This document shows, piece by piece, positions 13,971-26,229 of a stretch of DNA of 64,000 nucleotides. The position numbers were made by a program, and so were the translations under genes. Location: contig NC_083432.1 of NCBI RefSeq assembly GCF_020745735.1, positions 1,364,001 to 1,428,000 of the forward strand, given 5' to 3'. The notes below the pieces were generated by a model. It saw only the letters and a program-made list of their open reading frames with translations. It searched no databases and was not told where the DNA came from. The stretch is from Hemiscyllium ocellatum. Its lineage: Eukaryota. Each line of letters starts with the position of its first letter. Within the stretch, counting starts at the first letter, position 1.

Positions 13971-14617
13971 AAACACAAAATAAAAAGCAAATCAAAATAG
14001 TGTTTGGGTTTATAATTGATTATCATTTAAATAAAAACTGGAGTCTCAGAATTCAACATTTCAAGGCCCAGTCAGCTAATTTTATTAAATAAGGTCATAC
14101 TCCAAATGTAAAATTGCACAAGGTGGTGAATACTTTTTAAAAATTCCTCAGGAAATTTTCAAGAGATGACTTGAAGGGCCAAAGCAGGCAGCCAGCATTG
14201 GGAGCAGCAGGTGACAACAGAGAAAAGGAGCAGGCGCAAAGAGTGAAGCCACTTCGCCAACAACTTACGTTGCTGCATCGTCTACAAATATCAGTCTGAG
14301 ATAAACTCAACATCTTCATGTTCAACAGCTGCTTGTCCTTCACAAAGTGCTTAGCATTTCTTGTTTCTAGGGAGTAGTGAGAAACTATGCAAGTAATTGG
14401 GAAGCTGTTTCTTCATGAGTGTACTACGGTCTGGAGTGGTGTCGTGTCATCGTTTTAGTAGTATGTCTTACAGTGCCAGACACCACAGAAACATTTACAT
14501 CTTCACGAAGAGATTCTGATGATTGAACATATGGCCACCAGCTCTCCAGGGAATCCTTTTTCACATTACAGTATTGCAAATGAAACATAATATGGTCACA
14601 CAGTGGATCAAACTTAC

Positions 14618-14702
14618 TTCTTGACTGTCACTTCCTTATCAGGTTAGCTCAGATTCTCAAGCTCCTGAGATTTTCCAGAGTTTCGACTCAACGTCTTCGC
14701 AG
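14618..14702 (-). pseudogene. Candidate cytoplasmic mini-exon (copy B) of decayed receptor gene
   Basis: Acceptor TTCAATTGCAG, donor GTAAGT; AKTLSRNSGKSQELENLS*PDKEVTVK; flanks homologous to exon at 16243-16320. Confidence 0.4.
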
Positions 14703-16242
14703 CTGCAATTGAACATGAAGGACAAATTAAAACATTTCAAGCAAGCACTTTCATCTCCAATTAAAGCTGTTCAAATACCATGAACATTGAAGATTCTGAA
14801 TTACAACCTACATCAGATGGTTCTATTAAACAGATTACACTCTAGATGGCGAGGATTTCTTAGTCAGCATAAAAAGTGCGCCGGTATGCTCCCTAACTAT
14901 TGTTGCTTGAGGCTGAGATATAAACTCTTTCGAAGCCTTCCCACCAAGATGAATACAGTTGCTAGATTTATCCATACACTTTTGAAAAAAAATAGTAAAT
15001 GTTGCAATTGTCCACTCCTCTCAAAGCATCCCTGTATTTGAACAGGATGAGGTTGATGTGGACAATGTCACTGCAGCTTCAAGATTATTTTTCTCAGTAT
15101 CCTCGGGTGACTCCAATTCATGTTTTATGAGTTACCAACACCCTGGGACAACCAACCTTTCTAACAGAAGCAGAAATTGCTGCAGAAGCTCAGTGCATGA
15201 CAGGACTCAAAAATATTAACTGTGCTTTCTCACCACAGATGCTGCCAGACCTGCTGAGTTTCTCTCACTATTTCTTTCTTTGTTTCAGATTTCCAGCATC
15301 TACAGTTCTGTTTTATTTTAGCCTTTCTAAAATTCTGTCAAATATCAGCTCACACATGTCTGAATTATATTTCTTTTTACCATGAATTGGACATTAACTC
15401 CCACTTTATATTATCTCACTAGGCCCTTACCTCTATGAAGTTTGAACAGCGGTTTTGTGATAATTGGCCTCAGTTATTCTTCTGCTCTCCTTTCAGTGTT
15501 TGTGACTAAGGCTGACTTTTGGATTCCCTTTTAATGTTAGCTGCCAGTCTCATTTACGTCTTCAATTACTCTCTGAACTGCCAATGTTTAGCTTGGTTCT
15601 CGCTGGAGTTACCAATAATCCTATTCCTTTGTAACATCAACATGCAGCATGTCTCAATGACCACCGCCCAATGGCTCTAACTTCGGTGGTCATGAAGTGC
15701 TTTAAAAGGCTGGTCCCCAATTCGCCTATTGAATTACAGCAAATTCGTGTTGACGAAATGCACGTTATAGCAGAATGACCTGTTGCTTGAAGAAGCTCGG
15801 GCTGCTCTTCTTGGAAAAGAGAAGACTAAGAAGAGATTTTACAAGTGTTCAAAATCATGCGGGATTTGGATAGGACTTATTGGATAGGTAAGAACATACA
15901 ATTCCCAATGACAGACGACTTCAGAAGAAAAGGACACTGATTTGAGATGAGCTGCAAAATAAACCAGTACTGACAAGGAACTGTAATGCTCTACCTAAGA
16001 GTGACAGCTTTAATTGAGGTCTCCAAAAGGGAACGTCAATTTTTGACAGGAGAGGTTTTGCAATATTACACAGTAAAATGAGTTGAGAGTGAATGTAGAC
16101 AAGTTCCTCTTTGACAGCTGGTACAAACATGATCAAATGTTTGTAAAACATTGCATGAACTGCCAGCAATCCAGCGATTTCTTACCAGTTTTTTTATATT
16201 CTGAATATTGACTAACATGGTCACACATGCAACTAAACTTAC

Positions 16243-16320
16243 TTTACAATTATTTCACTCGCTCCAGGAGAATACCTATTTTCATTTCCCTCAGTGCTTG
16301 AGCTGTCAATATTTCCAGAA
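16243..16320 (-). pseudogene. Candidate cytoplasmic mini-exon (copy A), 78 nt, phase 2-2, open
   Basis: Acceptor ATCAATTGCAG, donor GTAAGT; SGNIDSSSTEGNENRYSPGASEIIVK. Confidence 0.42.
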
Positions 16321-16697
16321 CTGCAATTGATCAAAGCACAGAAATTAAGTCATTTAAAACAAGCAAATTGACCCAGAATTAAATCCAACCCAATTTATCA
16401 AAAAAAATTGGGATTCAGTATTTCAAGCCTCGTCAACTAGTTTTGTTAAGTTAGTCAATGACTGCACAATATGGTAGTTTAGGTATGGATTCATTTGAAT
16501 TCCATCAGATTTCATCAGGACACCACAATGAGGCTGTGCTGGGGGAAGGAGATGGAAGAGACAGAACAAGGTAAGAAGAAGAAAAAAGAATTCTTCGGTA
16601 TTTCACCTGTTTCTGGGTTATGCCAGAACTACATACTGAAAAACAAAACTAAAACAACGATTGAAAATCTTTGGATGTTTTATGCTGATTCAACATT

Positions 16698-16883
16698 GCT
16701 GAAAATGTGTTGCTGGTTAAAGCGCAGCAGGTCAGGCAGCATCCAAGGAACAGGAAATTCATCCTGATGAAGGGCTTGTGCCCGAAACGTCGAATTTCCT
16801 GTTCCTTGGATGCTGCCTGACCTGCTGCGCTTTAACCAGCAACACATTTTCAGCTCTGATCTCCAGCATCTGCAGACCTCACT
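16698..16883 (+). mobile_element. Palindromic non-autonomous Penelope-derived element: perfect 63-bp inverted repeats around a hammerhead core
   Basis: Arms 16698-16760 and 16792-16854 are exact reverse complements; loop is ATC-CTGATGA-AGGGC ttgt GCCC-GAAAC-GTC. Confidence 0.85.
16761..16795 (+). ncRNA. Minimal type I hammerhead ribozyme motif
   Basis: Conserved CUGAUGA and GAAA boxes, 4-bp stem II, palindromic ACGU mini stem III, GUC cleavage triplet. Confidence 0.7.
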
Positions 16884-17959
16884 GATTAAACATTGTCTAA
16901 TCTCTCAAAATGAGCCAAACATTTGAGAACCAGTCAAGCAGTTGCTTCATGTGATTACTATAGTCTGGATTGGTGTTCACTGCACTGCCATAGGGATACC
17001 TTCCAGAGGCAATCCTGATATAATCTTACAACAACTATCAGCAGTTCCCTTTCACATTATTAGATCCCAAATGCAAATGTTATTCTGACATCAGATCAAA
17101 ATTACTTGCCAATTACTCCTTTAGTTTCTGACACACTTCAATTTCCATCTTCTTCACAGTGGGAAATGTCAACACTTTCACAGCTGTGACTTGTCATAAA
17201 GAACCAGTTAAATCATTTTAAATGTGCACATGATCACAATTTTACTATTTGGCACTTCTTATTAACATCTAGACTTTTAGCTGTGAGGGCAGGAGCCAAT
17301 GGATGGATGCGGGGTAAAGAGGTCAAATAAAGAACCTCTGCATGGAGACAGAGGAAAGAACATCCCAAATGCAAGGATTTAAGTTTAACTTTCTCATCTT
17401 TTAAGAAGAAACTCAACATCTTTAAGGCTACAGTCAATTCAACCCTCACGAGCACAACTTGTAACTTAATGTTTGATTCAAAATGCTAACATAGTAATTT
17501 CTCATTGCTGAAATTCACTGAAGCTTAATGTTATATTAGTCACTATTGATGATTTGTTAAAAAGATAATTTTATTATTTTTTTCTTTCCCGCCTCTTAAA
17601 CCATTCTGAGTTTAGTTACAGATCTGGGCATAAACTCAGGATTAATTCCAGGTCTCTGACTCAGAGCAGTATAATAACGTCTCAATTTAGGCTTCTATTG
17701 ATCAATGACACCAGGAAAATTGTGTGAATGTGATGCTGCCTGTATTCAAATCACCTTGAAAGCACTTTATAAGCTTGATTCAAATAAATAGCCAATACTT
17801 GGGAAAGTGCCTGACTCCAAGGATACACATGGCAGCTGGGCAACTTAGATTATAAAAAATGCAAAGCATTCAATGGCAGCACTGAATGGGAGATATACCC
17901 AGGCTAGGAAACCGGAATAGGTCACACTCTTAATTGTAGCCACATTCTTCAAATGTCAC

Positions 17960-18970
17960 AGGTGCTTCGAGGACATGGAATGCAGGGGGAGCTGTCAATT
18001 TTGATAAACAATTGGCTTGATGGAAGGGAGCAGAGGGTAACAGTGGAAGGAGGCCTGTGACTAGTAGAGTGGCTTGGGGTTTGTGCTGGGCCCATTGCTG
18101 TTTGTTATCTACGGCAATGATTTTGATGAAGATGTACAACGTATGATTGGTAAGTTTGCAGATGACACTAAAATAGGAGATATCATGAACAGTGAGAAAG
18201 AGTATCAGAAATTGCAGCAGGATGTTGATCACCTGGAAAGTGTACCGAAAATGGCAAATGGAGTTTAATATAGATAAATTTGAGGTACTACATTTGGAAA
18301 GTCAAATCACAGCAGGGGTTTCATAATGAGTGGTAGGGCCTTAAGGAGTGTGGTGGAGCAGAGGGACCTTGGAGTTCAGGTGCACAGTTCTATGAAAGTG
18401 GAGTCACAGATAGACAGAGCAGAGGGTATCGAGTATTGAGAAGTTGGGAAGTTGTGTTTCACAGTTGTTCAGGACATTGGTGAAACTGCACTTGGAATAT
18501 TGTGTTCAGATTTGTTCACCTTGCTACAGGAAGGATGTTATTAAACTGGAAAGAGCACAGAAGAAATTTACAAGGATGTTGCTTGGATTCAACAGTCTGA
18601 GTTAGAGGGAGGTGTTGGACAAGCTAGGACTTTGTTTCTTTACAGCTTAGAAGACTGAGGAAATATCTTATAGAAGAGTATATTATCATGAGAGGTAAGG
18701 ATAACATGAATCCACTCCGTCCTTTTCCTATGACTGGGGAATGAGGACATCAGTTACGATTAGAGGGGAACAAGTAAAAAGGAACCTGTGGCCAACATTT
18801 CACACAGGTGCACATTTGGACTGAGCTGCCTCTGGAAGTGGTTGATGTGGGTACATTAACAGCATTTAAAATGCATTTGAACAAATACAAGGATATGAAA
18901 GAATTAGAAGATATAGGTCAAGTGTGGGGAAATGGGGTTATCATTGATGGACATTTGGTCATCATGGACC
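17960..18970 (+). mobile_element. Degraded CR1 LINE fragment
   Basis: VLGPLLFVIYGNDFDED, KFADDTKIG (ORF 18074-18268); 3' region to ~18970. Confidence 0.85.
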
Positions 18971-19468
18971 AGTTTGGTCTTCATACTGTAGGACTCTCTG
19001 GCACAATGGTGAACTTGGAGGCAGTTTGGGTGGTAATGGTGGTTGCCATGGGTGCGGGGAGGAAGGATATGGAGAAGACACACATGAACAGGAAAGAGAA
19101 AGAGAAGAGATGAGATGGGTGAAGGAGAGCAACCCATTTTTATGGTATTTTCATTGTAGCCACATTGTTCAGAAATATCACCTCAATATAGATTAGCAAG
19201 CAATTTCCCATCTAAGTGTTTTGGAAGCTTCAATATGTGTATTATTATTTAAGTTAACTCTGTCTAATTTTAAATTCAAGGAAAGCAGTCCAGCAGCCTC
19301 TTTAATGTGAATGCTGTAGCTGGATGGCATTTGTTGCATTACACAAAAACCTTTGAAGGAATCAATGGTTCTCCAACATTCCCTTTTCACATTGCTGCAT
19401 TCCAAAGGAATCAGGACTAAACCACATCAAAATCACATCACACTGTGCTTCCTAATGGTTACACTCAC

Positions 19469-19691
19469 CTCTGGCAAACATGCTTCCCTTCCTCCGGACA
19501 ATGTGGACTGCCAAAATGTCTGCACCCACAAGTGGTCGTGAAGCACAAATTAATTCCAGGACTTCTATCTGCAAACCACTTGCAAACACTTGAAAATAAG
19601 TCTCAAAGACAAAAAGGGTCAGCAATTCAAGTCCCCATTTGGTCAAAATCCAGAACTATCACTACACTAGATGGTCTGCTTTCCAAACCTT
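19469..19691 (-). pseudogene. Candidate stalk/transmembrane exon of decayed receptor gene (frameshifted)
   Basis: Acceptor ATTTTCTCAG, donor GTGAGT (phase 1); 3' half reads VLELICASRPLVGADILAVHIVRRKG (hydrophobic run plus basic stop-transfer); 223 nt, one nt off 3n. Confidence 0.38.
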
Positions 19692-19716
19692 CTGAGAAAA
19701 TATTGAGGTCACTCTC

Positions 19717-20013
19717 GATTAGATTAGATTAGATTAGATTCCCTACAGTATGGAAACAGGCCCTTCAGCCCAACAAGTCCACACTGATCTTCTGAAGAGT
19801 AACCCCCCCCAGACCCATTTCCCTCTGACTAATGCACCTAACACTACGGGCAATTTAGCATGGCCAATTCACCTAACCTGCACATCTTTGGACTGTGGGA
19901 GGAAACCAGAGCACCCGGAGGAAACCCACGCAGACCCACGCAAACTTCACACAGACCAGTTGGAATTGAACTCGGGTCTCTGGCACTGTGAGGCAGCAAT
20001 ACTAATCACTCCA
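19717..20013 (-). mobile_element. HE1-type tRNA-derived shark SINE with (AGATT)n tail
   Basis: tRNA-like head on minus strand, conserved core TTAGCATGGCCAATTCACCTAACCTGCACATCTTTGGACTGTGGGAGGAAACC, microsatellite tail. Confidence 0.88.
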
Positions 20014-21449
20014 GTTTGATAGGCTGATGCATTTGAGGGTGGGGTGGTGTTGTTGTTGAGAGAATAAGCATTTTAACAGTGTTGCAAGGTACACTATACC
20101 AAGATCTGAGGGCAAATCCGTTTTCAATTGAAGATCTTTGGATGCTTTCTATGGATCAAAGGCTGAACGTTGTCATCAATATTGACTCTTGGCAATGACC
20201 TTGGAGAGGGTAAATTTGTTTTTTTAATGTGAGTTTTATCACCTCGAATGGTATTTGTTAGACTGCTGTAGGATCCATCACAGGGTGGTTCCGGCACAAC
20301 CTTACAAGAGCGACTATCTTTCCAGCAATTTCTTTTCATGGTGTGTATTGGGAATGAAGCACAGGATGGATCAAATGTACTTTCAAACATCTACTGTCTC
20401 TTTTGGTGGACTTAGTTTTTCAATGTTCTCAGAGTGTGGGTTGTCAAGGGGTTCAGACCTGTACTTAGATAGAAGGTTGACCTTAAAGGTATTTTAAACA
20501 AGCGCTTGCACACAAAAGTAGCTTATAAACAAAAGGAACATTTAAGTATTAGTTTGGAGTCGATAGACCATTAAAAATAGGACCATTTGGCCTATTGGCG
20601 TACCACTGCCTTTCGGTCCTGGCTGATATGTTTCTCGATCTTCTTTGCCAGCTTTCACCCAGAAACCTTTAACCTCTTTCAAATCAGGAACTTATCTATG
20701 TCTAAGTAGATTTAATGACTTGGCCTCCAGGCCATGGGTTCCACAGCTTCATTACCCCCCGACTGAATAATTCTTCCTTATCTCAGTTCTAAAGGTTGGA
20801 CCCTTCACTCAGCAACTGCACCCACACGTCCTAATCTCCACTACTAGTGGAAACATCTTATCCATTCCATGTGCAATCTTTCTAGGCCACTCAGGATACT
20901 GTAATTTTCAATAAGATTCCCCACCCAACCCAAACTCCATGCCATTCAGACCCAACGTCTTCATATGACAAGCCCTTTACAAATTTTCAAGTCCTTATCA
21001 ACCAGATTTGTTAAACAGCCCACACCCCAGAGCTCTGTAATTACAATGTTTTCTCAGGTGGTTTGCAAGTGTTAGCAACTGTGCCTGGCAGAGGGGCTGG
21101 AGAGCTGCAAGGAAGAAGAAATGGAAAGGAAAATCCTGACACATAAGAAATGTGAATGAGTTATAGACACTAACCAGGGATGCTGAAATGCAACCAAAAG
21201 AGAAAATGCAGGAAAATCTCAGCAGGTCTGAACAGCATCTGTAAGGAGAGAAAAGAGTTGATGTTTAAAGTCTAACTGACCCTTTGTCAAAGATAAAAAA
21301 GGGGTTTTTAGCTTCGACAAAGGGTCAGTTAGACTTGAAACGTCAGCTCTTTTCTCTCTTTACAGATGCTGCCAGACCTGCTGAGATTTTCCAGCACTTT
21401 CTCTTTTGGTTTCAGATTCCAGCATCCGCAGTAATTTGCTTTATGCTGA

Positions 21450-21772
21450 AATGAAAGCAGTTTTTCAAATTTTCTATTGAGTTGATACAACTTTTTGGAA
21501 AATGGAGAAATCACTCTATTCACGGCAGTAATGTGAATCTGTGGTCTGGAATGGTGGGGTTTGCTGTAGCATCATGGAATGTTTTCAAAGGGAATTCCTA
21601 TATAAATTTTACGGAAACTGCCTGCTCTCCAGCAATTCCTTTTCATACTCGGTTCTGACCAAAGCAGAACTTAGTCCTACTTGAGTGAACTTAATTTTTG
21701 ATTTCCGTAATGTTTTCTGGAGAAAGTGAACTTCCAGTTCCTTTCCAGATTGAGCTGTCAAGATTTTCATTT
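21450..21772 (-). pseudogene. Candidate degenerate V-set IgSF exon (CD300/pIgR/MDIR-like)
   Basis: Acceptor AACTGTAG then EMKILTAQSGKELEVH...VGLSSALVRTEYEKELLESR...MMLQQ...TTDSHYCRE...KLYQLN; length fits one Ig domain; several stops; first Cys/Trp lost. Confidence 0.35.
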
Positions 21773-22249
21773 CTACAGTTGAACAATTAGAAAGCATAAA
21801 GTGGCGTTTAAAACAATCAAAGGCATCTACATTTAAATGTGTGAAAAAATAAACCCAAAGATGCAGTATTTAACTGAGTACTTAGATTTGTTTTAAAAAA
21901 TGGTCATTTACCAAATGTATGATTGCAGTATATGGTGATTTTATTTTCTTTCAACTTTCACAGGAGTTTGCAGAGCACCATAGTCTGTACGTTTTTGGGG
22001 TGGGGAGGGAGCATTAGGTGGGGCATGTAATAATATTGGGAAGCTGGAAGTTTGGTATTCAATTTCTTCAATGTTTACCCTCATTGCATAGTCCAATGCT
22101 TAGAAGCGAACAACTGACGACCCGAACATTGAAGGGCAAGAAATGTTCTATGAAAGACGGTGTGTTAATGCACGATCAAATATTCATTGCCAATTAACTT
22201 GGAGGTGGGAGGATTGGGAAAATGGCAGAAGGGAGTATGGCACCTTCCC

Positions 22250-22465
22250 ATCTGGCACATTCTTTACTCAGTGCATTGTGAGTTCATGGAGTGCCCTGCC
22301 AGTAGCAGTGGTGGACTCTCCCTCTTTATGGTCATTTAAGCGGGCATTGGATAAGCATATGGAGGTTATTGGGCTAGTGTAGGTTAGGTAGGCTTTGGTC
22401 GGCGCAACATCGAGGGCCGAAGGGCCTGTACTGCGCTGTATTTTTCTATGTTCTATGTTCTATAA
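22250..22465 (+). mobile_element. CR1 3' end with (TTCTATG)n tail
   Basis: FFTQCIVSSWSALP, SFKRALDKHM; tail at 22444-22463. Confidence 0.85.
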
Positions 22466-22554
22466 TTATGCCATGTTGATATAGACCAGTTCTCTATCAC
22501 ATTTTGATACTCCATGACCTCTTAGGCCTGTCTTCCTTACTTCTATAATGGTGC

Positions 22555-22620
22555 CTGCCTTCACAGCCTCAGTGATAATCAGCATGAACATTAGGCATAA
22601 GAAATGTACTGATCTGTCAT
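22555..22620 (-). pseudogene. Candidate signal-peptide exon of decayed receptor gene
   Basis: With one nt restored after ATG reads MDRSVHFLCLMFMLIITEAVKA; the phase-1 junction GCA G matches the phase of the V-set exon at 21772; donor is non-canonical (GCACC). Confidence 0.33.
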
Positions 22621-23513
22621 CCCTCTCACTGAGCTAGCAGCACTTTACATTTCCTGTAATGTAAAAGAACAAACTGCTGAAGCTGATGATCTGAAAGAAA
22701 AACATGTTGTTGGAGAAACTAAATAGGTTTTGCAGCATCTTTGAGGAGAAAGCAGAATTCATGTTGAGTCAAGTGACCCGTCCTCAGAAATCTGAAATTC
22801 TGAATAAGTGACTCAACAGATGCAGCCCAGACCTAATATGTTTCAGTAGAAAGTCTCGACAAAATGTTCCTGAAAATGTCAGCACTTCAGCAATTGCCTT
22901 TTACATTGTATTCTGAATAAAACATTATTTTGTCACACATTGGATCAATAATTACTTTCTGATCTCTCAACTGTCTCTGGAGGCATTGGATTTTCATTTT
23001 CCTCATAACTTAGGCTGTCACTGTTTCTGCTGCTGAAGTTCGTTGTGATGAAACTCATTTTAAACAAGTGCTTGTATCCACAATTGGCTGTCAGCTATTA
23101 GAAATTTGCTCCAAACTCAGGGATTCAGCATTTAACTTTTTAATAAAGTCAAGCAATTAAATATGTTATATTCCAGATATATGGCATCAAAGATTGGTGA
23201 CTTTTTTTCTTCAAAACATTTCATAAATTTGAAGGACACTCTAGCTGCTGATAAGGAGAAACCCAATTCTTCGAAATATATTTAGATTCTAGAAGGCAAC
23301 ATACATCCTCAACTTTAATACCAAAAGACAAACAATTTTCCATTGACATCTCTTCAATGTGCTGTCCTAAAACAATTTTCCTTCTTGAGGTAAGTGCTCA
23401 ACCACTAAGAATAGTGCAAATATTAGAGAGGCAGTAATATGATTGTTACAGAGTAGTATTCACTGCTCTACTATGGAATGACTTTATGGGGAGTTCCTGA
23501 ATAACTACAGAAA

Positions 23514-23595
23514 ATGCCAGCTCACCAACAATTCGATAAATGGTGCTTCAGTACACTAATGACTTTACTCCTGGTGTTCACAGCCACGGCAGCCA
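23514..23595 (+). other. Orphan signal-peptide-like exon
   Basis: GAAAATGC start, 27 open codons MPAHQQFDKWCFSTLMTLLLVFTATAA, phase-1 perfect donor GTAAGT; no confident downstream exon. Confidence 0.4.
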
Positions 23596-24079
23596 GTAAG
23601 TTTCCGTTTTATCATTGACTTCACAATAGTCAGACAGAAATCCTTTAGTTGCAACGATTTTCAACAGAAAAACCAATCTGTTTTACAATTACGCATACTC
23701 GAGATAACCAGTTGATCTGCAACGCAAATTGTCAACAAAGTCTGGAAGCCTGCAATTTCAAGCACAGTGCCATCACCTCAGCTATAGTCTGTCATGGTGA
23801 CAATGTCCTCTGGAGTAGCACCTAAATGTGACAGTTATTTTGGCATCAGCAACAACTCAGAACTTAGTTGCACGTTTTGCTCAAAGACTCAGGTCATTTA
23901 TGCAATCTTCAATTGACAGCACATATTCACAAGTTTTCATGCTATCCTACAATGCTCATCAACGACAGATGAGCTGCAAAGATTATTGCTTCAGACAGCA
24001 TGGTACATCTTACTTTTCAAAATGGAAATGATGGAAATGTTCTCGCCAGCATCCAAGAGGAGAATCACTCCAGAGGGAC

Positions 24080-24900
24080 ACGGAATTGGTTGGGATTATT
24101 GTCCCTGGAGCGTCGGAGGATGACTTTGTCATCAGGGACATGTCTAGGAAAGGCCTTTGCCCTGAGGTGGGGCAGTGCAGAACTAGAAAGCATTAGTTTA
24201 AGTGAAAGGGGAATGATTTAAAAAGGACTTAAGGGCAACGTTTTCATGCAGAGGGTGGTGCGCTTGTGGAATGAGTTGGCAGACGAGGGGGTGGTGGCTG
24301 GTACAATTACAATATTCAAAAGGCATCTGGATGTGTCTATGAATAGGAAAGGTTTGGAGGGATATGGACCGAACGTTTGCAAATGGGACTCAATTAGTTT
24401 AGGATATCTGTTCGGCATGGACGAGTTTGACTGAAGGCTCTGTGTCCATATCTCTGATTCTATGATATCGCTACACATGGTGCTAACTGGGTGAGAGGGT
24501 TATGTGATAACTTCAATGTCGATGCATGAGAGGTGAGCAAGCTAACTCATTCCCTTGGGGGTCACGTGAAAAGTGTTGACAGACATCCAGCAAAATAACA
24601 TTGAAGAATCTTTCACTTGAATTGAAACCTGAACTCTCTTTCTCATCCCAGATTGTGCTAAGGCTGCTTAGTTTCTCCATAAATTGCATAGTTTTCATCT
24701 GTCCTTGAAAAATTATAAAATTGTGAGGGGAATGGGTACGGTAAATAAACAAGATCTTTTTCCTTCTGTTTTGGAAACCAGAACTTGAGGGCATAGGTTT
24801 AAAGGAAGACAGGAAAGATTTCAAAGGGGTTTACGGGGCAACATTTTCACACAGTGAGTGGTACGTTTATGGAATGAGCTGGCTTTGGTGGTTTGTCGTT
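24080..24900 (+). mobile_element. Degraded CR1 3' fragments
   Basis: LLSLERRR, MQRVVRLWNEL, FKRHLDVSMNRKGLEGYG. Confidence 0.75.
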
Positions 24901-26229
24901 AACAATAGCCCCAGGAGCTCTGCACTTGTTTGAGAGATCTGGAAAGGGATTCTTACTCTGAGCTTACATTAGGATGTTATATAAATGCATAACCTTTCTA
25001 CTTGTCTTTCTGATGAGATAGAGACAGCTTTTATTCTCTCTCAAACCTGTGCACCATTTGACCTCAATCTGCTTTGCTTTGTTGCATTACTGGATGGAGG
25101 TTATTCTGTTCAGTAAATAGTTTGGGCAGGAGCTTTTCCCAAAGTGTACATGGGTTTTAAAGACATTGGTGAGTTTCTGTGTCCCAGGAAGTAGATTCAT
25201 TGCAGTTAGTAATAGAAAAAAACACAGATAAAATATAATTTTGTTCATTGCATATTACATCTTTAACTGGGAAGATTATATGATGTTCTATGAACCTCGG
25301 AATTTAAACACCTTTTAAATGGAGTCACTGCTGATTTACTTGACACACTATACTGTGATACTGAAACAACTATAATTGGGACAATGATGAAATACAAATG
25401 GACTGGAACTGCAACTTTTCCAAAAAGAAACTAGGTATCAGGGCAAGATTGTAGGTGAAGCTCAGAATACAGAAGCATTGCAAACCCAAACGACCATGAA
25501 CACAGTTTCTTGAGATGAATTATGATGTGGTTCTGCACTATTCAGCTCTGATCTGTGATCACAACCAACGCTGCTCTGTCACACCTCTGTAATTAGGGGA
25601 AAAATAATATCTGCTGGAAATCAACTACAAAAATCTCTTGGAATACGGTGACATAGAATCAAGTGAAAGCTGTAATACCTCTTCATTGGGCTTCTTGCTT
25701 TCTTTCAAAACATGGCAGCTGATTTTGGCAATCAGCTATCACTGGATTAGATGACATCTTGAAAATGGTTCTTTGTTTACATTTCCCTATCTCCTACATT
25801 TGCCCTACCACTTTTTTAAAAGAACAAATGTGGGTGAAATGTCTTTAGTGCTGTCCAAAGGATAGCTGTGCTCCTGCCCCTGTGCAACTGCATTCTGATA
25901 TCTGCCTCTCAAAAGGTCTGAATCTATGCTCACCTACTGGTGTAGGCACTAAGCAGGGCTCATAATAGAATGACTAACTATTCAATTGCTGCAAACCAAT
26001 CAGGGTGAGATTCTCAAACTGCTGTTATCACAAGGGTGCATTTGGTGCCACACTCAATATTCAATATAACACTTAATATGTCTGCTAGTCCACAATTTCT
26101 CTCTGTTCCTTTAAATAACAGTGTGTTCTGTGTATGTGCCTGTGCTTTGTTTCTATTGATTTCTGTTCCTCAATGGTTTTGAAATTCTTAATGTTTATGA
26201 TCAAAGGCAAAGTAATGTCATTCTTCTCT

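Noticed and set aside
12999-14420. Extending the putative LTR to 14416 using a TGAG target-site duplication
   Set aside because: A 4-bp match is expected by chance and no other evidence supports that boundary
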